Assembly: GCA_048938895.1 (NCBI GenBank)
Contig: JBHLLU010000074.1
Location: forward strand, 1-16,480
Length of the DNA stretch: 16,480 bases
From: Promethearchaeota archaeon
GTDB taxonomy: Archaea; Asgardarchaeota; Lokiarchaeia; Sigyniarchaeales; SOKP01
Direction of reading: 5' to 3'
Both the position numbers and the translations under genes were made by a program. Each line of letters opens with the position of its first letter. The first letter of the stretch is position 1. A model generated the notes under the pieces. That model did not search any database and was not told the DNA's origin. It worked only from the letters and a program-made list of their open reading frames with translations. Shown one piece after another: positions 7,851-16,270 of this stretch.

Positions 7851-8276
7851 ATGGTTAAACCTATAACCCCACTACTTACCGTTGATTGCGTTATTTTGTT
7901 GAAAAATAATAATCTAGTTCTGATTCGTCGAAAAAACCCACCCTTTAAAGGAGAACTAGCTTTACCTGGTGGGTTTGTAGATGTGGGTGAAACTGTGGAA
8001 GCAGCATGTATTCGGGAAGCGAAAGAAGAAACTAATATTAATATAAAAATTATAAAGCTAATTGGAGTTTTTTCGAATCCTAATCGAGATCCTAGGGGAC
8101 ATAATGTAACAATTGGTTTCCTCTGTGAACCATTGACAGAAAATGAAGAACCAAAAGCCCTAGATGATGCCGCTGCCTTAGAAATTATACCATTATCAAA
8201 GATTTCTTCACTAATACTAGCCTTTGACCACAAAGAGATAATTGAGAGCTCTGGAATATTAAATAATATGTATTAG
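7851..8276 (+). CDS. Nudix hydrolase (ADP-ribose pyrophosphatase-like)
   Basis: Nudix box GGFVDVGETVEAACIREAKEETNI, plus RDPRG and LAFDH. Start ATG7851 (or ATG7839). Confidence 0.93.
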   Translation: MVKPITPLLTVDCVILLKNNNLVLIRRKNPPFKGELALPGGFVDVGETVEAACIREAKEETNINIKIIKLIGVFSNPNRDPRGHNVTIGFLCEPLTENEEPKALDDAAALEIIPLSKISSLILAFDHKEIIESSGILNNMY

Positions 8277-8289
8277 GATAGCACATCAA

Positions 8290-8676
8290 TTATTTCTCTT
8301 TTATTTCATATAGATTTCCAAATGTATCTTTAATGAAAAGATAATAACTGTTATTTTCGTCTCTTGGTACTTTAATTATATCATATCCCATTGAAGATGA
8401 TTTAGACAAAAAGTCGTCTCGATTTTCCACTAGTAAACAAGAGTGAGTAAAAACATCTTTTACACTGCTTTTATCATTAGTTATAAAAACTTCAAAATTA
8501 ACTTCATTACCTGCATACTGAACAAATTTATATTCTCCTTTACCACCAAAGAATGCTTTTATTAACTCAGAAGATACTGATTTCGATCTAATTTTTTTTA
8601 AACCTAATAAGGTGAGGAAAAATTTGTCCGCTCCTTCTTCTGAATTATACCCTAATCCTATATGTTCAAACTTCAT
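8290..8676 (-). CDS. VOC/glyoxalase superfamily protein
   Basis: MKFEHIGL, FF..LLG, FEVF, HSCLLV and FIKDTFGNLYEI give the H/E/H/E metal-ligand pattern. Start ATG8676 (or TTG8685). Confidence 0.88.
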   Translation of the reverse strand: MKFEHIGLGYNSEEGADKFFLTLLGLKKIRSKSVSSELIKAFFGGKGEYKFVQYAGNEVNFEVFITNDKSSVKDVFTHSCLLVENRDDFLSKSSSMGYDIIKVPRDENNSYYLFIKDTFGNLYEIKEK

Positions 8677-8782
8677 TCCTTTCAATTTTTACTATCTTAT
8701 TTAAATACAAATGATTAATATATTCTTATTTAATATCTTTGTTTATATTATATATCAATTATCAATTTCAAAACCAAAAATA

Positions 8783-9241
8783 TTGGGTGAAATTATAATA
8801 AAAGTTCAAGAAAGTATAAGAATTGTAGCGGGAATTATATGTTTTGTTGTTCCAATCTTACGGATTGTACTATTCTTTTTTGATTTAGGTGCAGCTACCC
8901 TTTATTCATTTCTCTTTATTGAACCTAATGAAACGGTTAATATTTTCGAAGGTTTAGTAATAGTCATTATTGCAGTTTTACTAACAGTTCTTGTGACTAT
9001 ATTTGCGGTGGTATCTTATGTTGTTCTAGGTATACTTCAGATTGTGTTAAGAAGAAGCAAAACACCAACTATCATATGCAATGTTCTTTCTGGAGTAGGG
9101 ATATTATTATCAATTCGAGTTTTTATTATACTTGCCAGTATAAATGAGTCGAGTTTATTACTAATGATTTTAATGATAATGTACATAACGATTTTCTCCC
9201 TCTGCATAGTTTCATATATAGAATTTAGAAAACAAGGTTAA
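8783..9241 (+). CDS. Hypothetical integral membrane protein (about 4 TM helices)
   Basis: Four long hydrophobic segments. ATG8711 leaves almost no room for divergent promoters, so TTG8783 or a later start is more likely. Confidence 0.7.
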   Translation: MGEIIIKVQESIRIVAGIICFVVPILRIVLFFFDLGAATLYSFLFIEPNETVNIFEGLVIVIIAVLLTVLVTIFAVVSYVVLGILQIVLRRSKTPTIICNVLSGVGILLSIRVFIILASINESSLLLMILMIMYITIFSLCIVSYIEFRKQG

Positions 9242-9403
9242 AAATCATATATATTTTTAACTTTTTTTTAAAATTTGAATACAAAATGGAAAAAATAAAA
9301 ATTGGTCCCTAGTAAAAATATAAATTAAGAAAGTATTAAACGTAACTTAAAAGTTAAATTATATTATAAAATCCAAAATTAAAAAATAGAGAAGTTGAAA
9401 TAA

Positions 9404-10102
9404 ATGGCTGAAATTAGAAGATATGTGTGGGTATTTCCTTTTTTTGGAAGTATTCTTTTAGCAATTGGTCTTTTCACTCCAGCAGCAGCTCTACCTGCAG
9501 GTTCTATGACAGAGCTATTTTGGATGCATGGATTTTATTTAGTGGTTGGTGGGGGTTACCCTGATCCGGGATTTATTACTAATTTACCAGGATTAATGAT
9601 TATTGGAATTAGTTGTATGATTCTAATATTAGTATGTACAATCATAATGTTCGTATCATCTCTCACTCATAGAGGAGTAGATGCGCCTGGATCATGGTTA
9701 GCCTTAGGTATTTTACTTATTGGAGGAACTATATTTTTTATTGGTGGAGCGGAAGCAGCTTTTAGGATTCATGGAATAATAGACTATGATATATTTGATT
9801 TAAGTTTTTGGGAACATAGAACACCTGGTTTTGCGGTTATAGCTCCATTTATTGGTGGTGGCTTAAGTATTCTAGGTTATATTATAAGTAAAGCTACTAT
9901 AAATGGAGGAGTTGAAATAACACCGATAAGTAGAGAACCAACTCCCGAAGTTAAAGAAACACCTCCAATAGAAAAAGAAATTACTCCACCCGCTACATCT
10001 TCAGGTGAAGATTTTAGATTTTGCCCAGAATGCGGTCAAGAAATTTCATCACCAGATGATAAGTTTTGTCTGAGTTGTGGGTTTGAATTTAAAAAAGCAT
10101 AA
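9404..10102 (+). CDS. Four-TM membrane protein with Pro/Glu/Thr-rich linker and C-terminal zinc ribbon
   Basis: Four hydrophobic segments, then linker ITPISREPTPEVKETPPIEKEITPP, then FCPECG...KFCLSCG. Confidence 0.85.
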   Translation: MAEIRRYVWVFPFFGSILLAIGLFTPAAALPAGSMTELFWMHGFYLVVGGGYPDPGFITNLPGLMIIGISCMILILVCTIIMFVSSLTHRGVDAPGSWLALGILLIGGTIFFIGGAEAAFRIHGIIDYDIFDLSFWEHRTPGFAVIAPFIGGGLSILGYIISKATINGGVEITPISREPTPEVKETPPIEKEITPPATSSGEDFRFCPECGQEISSPDDKFCLSCGFEFKKA

Positions 10103-10106
10103 TAAT

Positions 10107-10130
10107 ATCTTTTTTTATTTTTTTAATTTA
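10107..10130 (+). terminator. Oligo-T terminator
   Basis: Two long T-tracts right after the stop at 10102. Confidence 0.6.
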
Positions 10131-10266
10131 TTCACCCAAAATATTTTCAAGTTAGTTTAATAGAGTCATTTTTAATAGCAGAAGTTTTATCTAAAGTTTA
10201 AAATTTTTGGAATCTATTATTAATTAATTAAAAATAATCAAATAATACGATTAAGGTATTTAGGGG

Positions 10267-11136
10267 ATGACAGAAGTCTCTGAACAAGAGTTCTTAAAGA
10301 AGCTTTTAGAGGTTGTTTATAAATTATCAAATATAGCAAAAACACAATCCTATCGATTGAAGACAAAGTGGGATGACTATCTAAAACCTTTACATAAGGA
10401 ACCTCATATAATTCGGTATATAGCTTTAGATAAAAATAAATTTCTTAATGAAATAGATTACAGAATCGATGTGCTGAAAAATGTTGAGCAAGCTATTGTG
10501 GATGGATTCTATGCCATAAAATCAATTTTACAAATTCTCTATGAATCATATTTTGAATCTGAACTATGTAAAGGTGACTTCCTAAGTGATGATCAATTAC
10601 TTCTTAAATACATAGTAGCAAAAAAAATATTAGGGGATTTAATTCAATATAATAAGATGGATCATGAATCTGTCCCTATTAAATATAATATTATAGCTAG
10701 AAACTATACAATAATGAAACTTAAAGGGCAAACCGATGAAGAAATACTTAATACAATGAAGAAGCTTAATATAGAAGATCTAGAATTAGCTGAACTAACT
10801 AAATTAATGCAAGAAATAAGGACGGATGGTATAATTTACATTATAAGAAGAAATAATAAGAATATCTATGAAATACAAAAAGAATTAGAATTAAGCAAAG
10901 AAGGAGAGAGTAATTACAAAAAATTTCTTGCTCCTATTGTAGATTGGCCAACAGGATTCTGGCGGAGTTTTTACAATATTAGAGAGCTCAATGTTTCACT
11001 GGATGAAGATTGTAAACATCGAGAATTTTTAATGAAAGTTTTAGCTAAAACTGCCACCCAAGGATATTCCCCCGCACATTTTGTTTTTAAAAACCTTGTC
11101 AAATATTATGAGAAGATTCAAGAAGAAGCAAACTAA
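10267..11136 (+). CDS. Hypothetical helical protein, possible internal winged-helix domain
   Basis: 289-aa ORF with normal codon pattern. The segment ELAELTKLMQEIRTDGIIYIIRRNNKNIYEI resembles a wHTH recognition helix plus wing (inference). Confidence 0.75.
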   Translation: MTEVSEQEFLKKLLEVVYKLSNIAKTQSYRLKTKWDDYLKPLHKEPHIIRYIALDKNKFLNEIDYRIDVLKNVEQAIVDGFYAIKSILQILYESYFESELCKGDFLSDDQLLLKYIVAKKILGDLIQYNKMDHESVPIKYNIIARNYTIMKLKGQTDEEILNTMKKLNIEDLELAELTKLMQEIRTDGIIYIIRRNNKNIYEIQKELELSKEGESNYKKFLAPIVDWPTGFWRSFYNIRELNVSLDEDCKHREFLMKVLAKTATQGYSPAHFVFKNLVKYYEKIQEEAN

Positions 11137-11156
11137 TAATATTTGATTGATTAGAG

Positions 11157-12050
11157 CTAGAAATCTTTTGTCTTCTTAATAGGAATTTCAAACTCTTCCA
11201 GTAATGGAAGTAAGTGCTTTTTATCTTCTGAATTAGTCCCTTTCCAATCGATAATAAAATAATCAACAGGTTCAATTGTATTTTCAACCATTTTATAAAT
11301 TATATCTACATCTAACTCCTTAATATAGTATTTTGGACAAATAAATGACATAGCAATATCATTACTTTCTATTAATCTGCGAAAATTGGGTGCATAATGC
11401 GTTCCTCCAAAACCTAAGGCTATTTTTTGATTTTTACTAATTCTATAATTTAAATAATTAAAAATGGTTGAAATAATTGCTGCTGCCACTGATTCACCAG
11501 CCTCAGAAATCACCCATTCGGTTTTACTACTCCCTAGTTCCATAAAGATTAATGGGATCTTTAATACTGTAGGCCCATGATGAGTGACCTCAATATCTAC
11601 TGAAAATTCTGAAAGGGTCGTTGAAAATTCTTTTTCAATCAAAGACATAAAACCAGCCTTATGGAGTAAAGCGCTTGTTAATGATAGATCTTGAGGATCT
11701 CCCCCAAAGTCATCATTTTTACCCCAATTTCCCGTTGTATGAACTAAAAATGCAGGTCGAGCTGCTTTAGAGGTATGTCGACTCGCAAAAATAAGAAAAT
11801 CTGGAGCTATTTGAGTCTCATTTAACTTTAAATCGTTCAAAAAAATTAACGGTTCTTTTGTTAAACCAAGCAGTATTTCAAGTTTTGAAAATTTGTTAAG
11901 TCCTTCAGCTTTTGAAGGCAAATTCCTCAATTTAAATAATGGATTCCCATGCCATGATATTTCAATTTCATCGAAATTATGTACTTTCGAGTTTAAGTAA
12001 TTTTTCCTTATATTCATTGATGCTTTATCTTCTGCTGAAGTAATTATCAA
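11157..12050 (-). CDS. dtdA: D-aminoacyl-tRNA deacylase (archaeal DtdA/DTD2, GEK1 family)
   Basis: DKASMNI, SRH, HTTGN, EVTHHGPT, FMELGS, GFGGTHYAP, IDWKG. Confidence 0.93.
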   Translation of the reverse strand: MIITSAEDKASMNIRKNYLNSKVHNFDEIEISWHGNPLFKLRNLPSKAEGLNKFSKLEILLGLTKEPLIFLNDLKLNETQIAPDFLIFASRHTSKAARPAFLVHTTGNWGKNDDFGGDPQDLSLTSALLHKAGFMSLIEKEFSTTLSEFSVDIEVTHHGPTVLKIPLIFMELGSSKTEWVISEAGESVAAAIISTIFNYLNYRISKNQKIALGFGGTHYAPNFRRLIESNDIAMSFICPKYYIKELDVDIIYKMVENTIEPVDYFIIDWKGTNSEDKKHLLPLLEEFEIPIKKTKDF

Positions 12051-12178
12051 AAATTGGATACTTACACACCATAGAAATTATAACTTTAACAATATATTAA
12101 TCAAAATAAATATAGAATTTTATATTTTTTAGTCTATATCTAAAAACTTTAAAAATTTCAAAAATAATAAAATTAGTA

Positions 12179-13138
12179 ATGACAGACGTTCTCATTGAAA
12201 TCTTAGTTGCTATTGCTTTTGGGATTTTCTTTTTTATTGCGGATTTCAATGAACATAAGATTAGCCCATTACATGCATCATTTATCGCTGGTATATCGGT
12301 AGCTTATTTCTTTCTTATTGTTCTTCCTGAAATTCCGGAAAGATTACCCGCAGCTCCTTTTGAATTAAGCTTATTTGAGTATCTTTTTGTGCTAGTAGGC
12401 TTTTCTTTCGTCCACATAACAGAAAAATTGATTCTACAAAAAGTAGAGAGTAAAACTCAAAATAAAATGCGAAAGTTGCTCCAAAAGGAAAAAATCCTTG
12501 AGAGTGTTGAACGTAATATGGAAAGAATTCTTACTGAAGAATTAAAACATGAAAATTTAGATCAAGCAGCGTTGAAGGATATAGCTCAAACTTTATCCAC
12601 ACTAAATAAACAAGAAGAAGAAATGAAGGTTAACATTAATAATTATAAAATTAAGATTCAAAACCGCATTAATAAAGACTTGAGAAGACTTAGAATTATC
12701 ACAGATTATATTTATCATTTTCTTATAGGCATTATTTTAATAGGCCTTTTATTGATCGAATTTATTGGCGGAATCCTATTTTTTATTTTTGCCTTTTTCA
12801 GAACTATTATAACAAAACGATCTGAAGCTCATCTTATATTTACCGATTTGGAAATCTATGAAGAAGCAAAGTATGAGGAAAAAGTTACTGTTAAATGGTT
12901 TATTGCAACTTCCGCATTAACAGGAATTATTTTAGGAATAATTTTAAAAATACTCTTACCTATAAATCTCGAACTCCTATTCATATTTTATTCCTTTATC
13001 TCAGGGGTAATTTTATATGTTATCGTCAGAGAAGTTATACCTGAAAAAGAAAAGGGAGATCCAATAAAATTTACGATTGGGTTGATCGGATTTGCTTTCG
13101 TTATTATTTTAATCAACATCTTTACTAATGTACTTTAA
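12179..13138 (+). CDS. ZIP-fold-like multi-pass membrane protein with long coiled-coil insertion
   Basis: SFIAGISVAYFFLIVLPE (ZIP TM2-like), GFSFVHITEK (TM3-like) and FISGVILYVIVREVIPE (TM7-like). Canonical TM4/TM5 HNxPE metal motifs are absent. Confidence 0.7.
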   Translation: MTDVLIEILVAIAFGIFFFIADFNEHKISPLHASFIAGISVAYFFLIVLPEIPERLPAAPFELSLFEYLFVLVGFSFVHITEKLILQKVESKTQNKMRKLLQKEKILESVERNMERILTEELKHENLDQAALKDIAQTLSTLNKQEEEMKVNINNYKIKIQNRINKDLRRLRIITDYIYHFLIGIILIGLLLIEFIGGILFFIFAFFRTIITKRSEAHLIFTDLEIYEEAKYEEKVTVKWFIATSALTGIILGIILKILLPINLELLFIFYSFISGVILYVIVREVIPEKEKGDPIKFTIGLIGFAFVIILINIFTNVL

Positions 13139-13200
13139 TTTTATATAACAACCATTTTTATTAAATTAAAATTACAAATTTAAAAAAGTTTTAATTATAT

Positions 13201-13311
13201 GCTAAAGAAATAACCGAATATCAGCAAAAGGAATTTTATAGATAGTGCCCTGATTGTTTGGAATATTTCAAACCAAGAGAAACAATAAGACGCAGTCCTT
13301 TATTAAATTAA
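13201..13311 (+). pseudogene. Degraded small zinc-finger gene remnant
   Basis: Frame reads AKEITEYQQKEFYR*CPDCLEYFKPRETIRRSPLLN* with an internal TAG at 13243 and no in-frame start. A candidate upstream Cys codon (TGC 13200) is out of frame. Confidence 0.45.
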
Positions 13312-13406
13312 CGATAATTCCAAAAACATATACTTGAATTGTTCCCCAAAATTCTTATAATATAGAACCTATTGACTAATTATTCTTAATCTCAATAATT
13401 GGCTTA

Positions 13407-13414
13407 TTTATAAA
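13407..13414 (+). promoter_or_regulatory. Putative TATA box (TTTATAAA) for the plus-strand Lrp gene
   Basis: Consensus archaeal TATA about 50 nt upstream of ATG13466. The region is AT-rich, so support is moderate. Confidence 0.45.
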
Positions 13415-13465
13415 TTTTTAAAATCATTAAAAGCAAGTTTAAATTATTAGGTTGTCTTGATAAAA

Positions 13466-14041
13466 ATGGATATGAAAAAAAAAAGTTTTAATGAATTGCT
13501 GGCCATTGATGATGATGATAAAAAGATCATCGAAATGATTGAAGGAGATCCAGACATAACCCATAGTGATATAGCTAAAGAGATAGAGAAATCTCAGCCA
13601 GCTGTTGGTGCTCGAATTATAAAGTTAGAAAGAAAGAATCTGCTAACAAAACAAGTGGGTTTCAACATAAAGAAAGTAGATATTAAAGTTGCTATTGTGT
13701 ATATCTCAACGAAGGATGTTGAAACGATTGTTAGAAAAATTGAAAATTGCCCTTTTATAAATCACGCTTTTAAAATATCTGGGGAGTTCAATGTACTCTG
13801 CTTTATCGCAGCATCAGATTTACAAACTATCGAGAAGCTAATTGACTTATGTTTCAGACGTGACCCAAATATTATAAATGTAAAGACAAATATCTTAATA
13901 GAAAGCATTCATGATTTTGTTGTTCCGATAGATTTCCAAATTGAGGATTTTGATGGGAGATATTGCGGACCTGGATGTAATCTGACTGAAGACTTACCAA
14001 AATTTAAATTCAGTCAAGAAGATGAAGAAGAATCAATATAA
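13466..14041 (+). CDS. Lrp/AsnC-family transcriptional regulator with Cys-containing C-terminal tail
   Basis: HTH IDDDDKKIIEMIEGDPDITHSDIAKEIEKSQPAVGARIIKLE; RAM domain AFKISGEFNV; tail YCGPGC. Start ATG13466 or 13472. Confidence 0.92.
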   Translation: MDMKKKSFNELLAIDDDDKKIIEMIEGDPDITHSDIAKEIEKSQPAVGARIIKLERKNLLTKQVGFNIKKVDIKVAIVYISTKDVETIVRKIENCPFINHAFKISGEFNVLCFIAASDLQTIEKLIDLCFRRDPNIINVKTNILIESIHDFVVPIDFQIEDFDGRYCGPGCNLTEDLPKFKFSQEDEEESI

Positions 14042-14123
14042 ATACTCCTTTTTCTTTTAAACTTATCATAAAATTTAGTTATATTGAATATGAAAAGAAA
14101 TAATTAGAGAACAAAATTCTGTG

Positions 14124-14672
14124 CTACTTCTTTGGAACTAATTCCCTAGCTTTGGCTATTCTGTACTTACATTTTTCGCCGCATCCATCTTCAAGAGTAG
14201 GGTCATGATCTTCAGAATCAAAATCAATAGGTAGAATGAAATCCTTTGCAATATCAATTACAATTTCCATTGAGACATTTGATATGTCAGGATTATTTCT
14301 AAAATGGTAGTTGATAATATTATCAAGTTTTTGAAGTTTAGAACTCGCAAGTAGTATACACAGATTATGTTCCCCACTTAAACGGAACGCGTTAAGCATA
14401 AAGGGACAATGCTTAGCCATATCCATAATTTCCTCGGGATTCTTCGTTTTCACCTCAACTGTAGCCAGATGCAAATCAACTTTCTTAAAATTAATACCTG
14501 GCTGAAACTGTAAAATACCATTTTTTTCCAGCTTTTTTATTCTCATGCCAACTGTTGGTTGGGATCTATCTATTTTTGTGGCAATTTCAGTATGTGTGAG
14601 GGATGGATTATCCTGGACAAGAGAAATAATCTGCCTATCAATATCATCAAGCTTTAATTTGTCTGATATCAT
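14124..14672 (-). CDS. Lrp/AsnC-family transcriptional regulator with Cys-containing C-terminal tail (paralogue of the neighbour)
   Basis: HTH LDDIDRQIISLVQDNPSLTHTEIATKIDRSQPTVGMRIKKLE; AFRLSGEHNL; tail GCGEKC. Confidence 0.93.
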   Translation of the reverse strand: MISDKLKLDDIDRQIISLVQDNPSLTHTEIATKIDRSQPTVGMRIKKLEKNGILQFQPGINFKKVDLHLATVEVKTKNPEEIMDMAKHCPFMLNAFRLSGEHNLCILLASSKLQKLDNIINYHFRNNPDISNVSMEIVIDIAKDFILPIDFDSEDHDPTLEDGCGEKCKYRIAKARELVPKK

Positions 14673-14723
14673 AATAATTTCATTAAAATACTTTTTTTAC
14701 TCTATTTATTAAGAAATTTTTGA

Positions 14724-14733
14724 TACTTATAAA
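14724..14733 (-). promoter_or_regulatory. Putative TATA box (TTTATAAGTA) for the minus-strand Lrp gene
   Basis: About 50 nt upstream of the ATG; identical to the element at 974..983. Confidence 0.5.
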
Positions 14734-14812
14734 AGTAAAGGTTTCATTTATGAAATATTAGTCGCCTTTATTTTAGGCTCTAAATGCAATTGAATACAAA
14801 AAATAATTTAAT

Positions 14813-16270
14813 TTAAATTCCTTTAGTGACACGCTTTTTCTCATATATACCCATAAGGACTGGCATAAATAATCGATTGAGTTTCTTATATATTCTTACA
14901 TTTTCTTTAATCGGATTGAACTCTTTTTCAAATCTGACCATTTCTTCTATGGCATTGGTGATACTATTATATATTCTACACCCATAAAAACCTAAAATAG
15001 CTGCCCCTAGAGCAGAACTATCTTTTATTTCCGGTATGAAAATTTTTTTATCCATTACGTCAGCTAAAATTTGAGCCCACAGATCGCTGTTCATTCCACC
15101 CCCGTCTGCTCTTATCTCACTAGCTTTAGTTTTTCCAAGAGCTTCTATAAGACTTAAGTACATTTGAGCGCTTAAAGCTGCAGATTCCATTATCGAACGA
15201 ATCATATGTCCTCTACTATGATTCCATCCTAAACCATGAATAGTTCCTTTTCTAAATGTTTGTAAAGGGATAAATAATAAACCTTCACTTCCTGGGGTAA
15301 TTTCTTCAGCTTCTTTACTTAAAATATCATAGACATTAATATTTTTTTCTTCACATTCTTTAGTCTGTAACTGAGAAAAATTATCTTTAAACCATCTCAA
15401 AGCAATCCCCGTGCCGGGCATAGCACCCTCTAGCATCCACTTTCCTTTAATAACATGAGGTAGAGCGAATATAGGTGTATTAATAAGAGGAAGTTTTGGT
15501 TGTTCTTCACCGATAACCATATTTGTGAAGGTATATGTTCCTATTGTTACTTTAGCTTGTCCGGGCTTAACTACGCCCATTCCTAAAGCTGAACATTGTT
15601 GGTCACCTCCTCCTAATATTACTGGAATATTACTTTTTATTCCAAGTTCTTTTGCTGACTCACTTGATAATTCACCAATTATTTCTCCTGGAGTATGAAT
15701 TTCGGGCCATAATTCAATGGGTAAATTATATTCATTAGCAAGGTTTATATCCCAATCTAATGTGCTTATATTCATTATTCCATAGATAGCATTTGTAGGT
15801 TCTGTTATAAGTGTATCGCTTCCACATAATTTCATATAAATATATGTATCTGGAAAAATTATTTTATACGCTTCTTTAAATAAATTTAATCTTTCATTTT
15901 TTATCCATAAAATTTGTGGGATCGACATCCTTAAACCCTCTTCTTGTTTCAGGTCAATTCCCCTCTCATCCATCGCTTGTATTGCCGGATGTAATACCTT
16001 TCCCTCTTTATCTATTATCGTTGAATTTAACCGAAGTATACTTGCACTTATACCTATTATTTCCTCTACATTTACCTTTTTAATCACTTGATTGCAAGTA
16101 TTCTTTAGAGTATTCCACCAGACTATAGGATCTTGTTCTGAAATACCTACGGGTTGTTTAACAACAGGATATTCCTCATAAGATCTTATAATTTCCCTTC
16201 CATTAATATCAAAAATAATAGTTCTTGACCCTGTTGTCCCAACATCAAACACACAGATTAAATCGCTCAT
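14813..16270 (-). CDS. FGGY-family carbohydrate kinase (xylulokinase-like, substrate unknown)
   Basis: FDVGTTGSR, EQDP..WW, GGGDQQCSALG, TIGT, PGSEGLLFIP, GGG..SDLWAQILADV, SALGAA. Confidence 0.92.
   Translation of the reverse strand: MSDLICVFDVGTTGSRTIIFDINGREIIRSYEEYPVVKQPVGISEQDPIVWWNTLKNTCNQVIKKVNVEEIIGISASILRLNSTIIDKEGKVLHPAIQAMDERGIDLKQEEGLRMSIPQILWIKNERLNLFKEAYKIIFPDTYIYMKLCGSDTLITEPTNAIYGIMNISTLDWDINLANEYNLPIELWPEIHTPGEIIGELSSESAKELGIKSNIPVILGGGDQQCSALGMGVVKPGQAKVTIGTYTFTNMVIGEEQPKLPLINTPIFALPHVIKGKWMLEGAMPGTGIALRWFKDNFSQLQTKECEEKNINVYDILSKEAEEITPGSEGLLFIPLQTFRKGTIHGLGWNHSRGHMIRSIMESAALSAQMYLSLIEALGKTKASEIRADGGGMNSDLWAQILADVMDKKIFIPEIKDSSALGAAILGFYGCRIYNSITNAIEEMVRFEKEFNPIKENVRIYKKLNRLFMPVLMGIYEKKRVTKGI

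Noticed and set aside
7826-8233. 135-aa minus-strand ORF
   Set aside because: Antisense shadow of the Nudix gene.
11099-11287. 62-aa minus-strand ORF
   Set aside because: Alternative frame overlapping the 3' ends of dtdA and the convergent hypothetical gene; no features.
3380-12050. alaS plus dtdA as a tRNA quality-control cluster
   Set aside because: They are about 4.8 kb apart on opposite strands with unrelated genes between. Gly-tRNA(Ala) editing is established for DTD1, not this DTD2 family.
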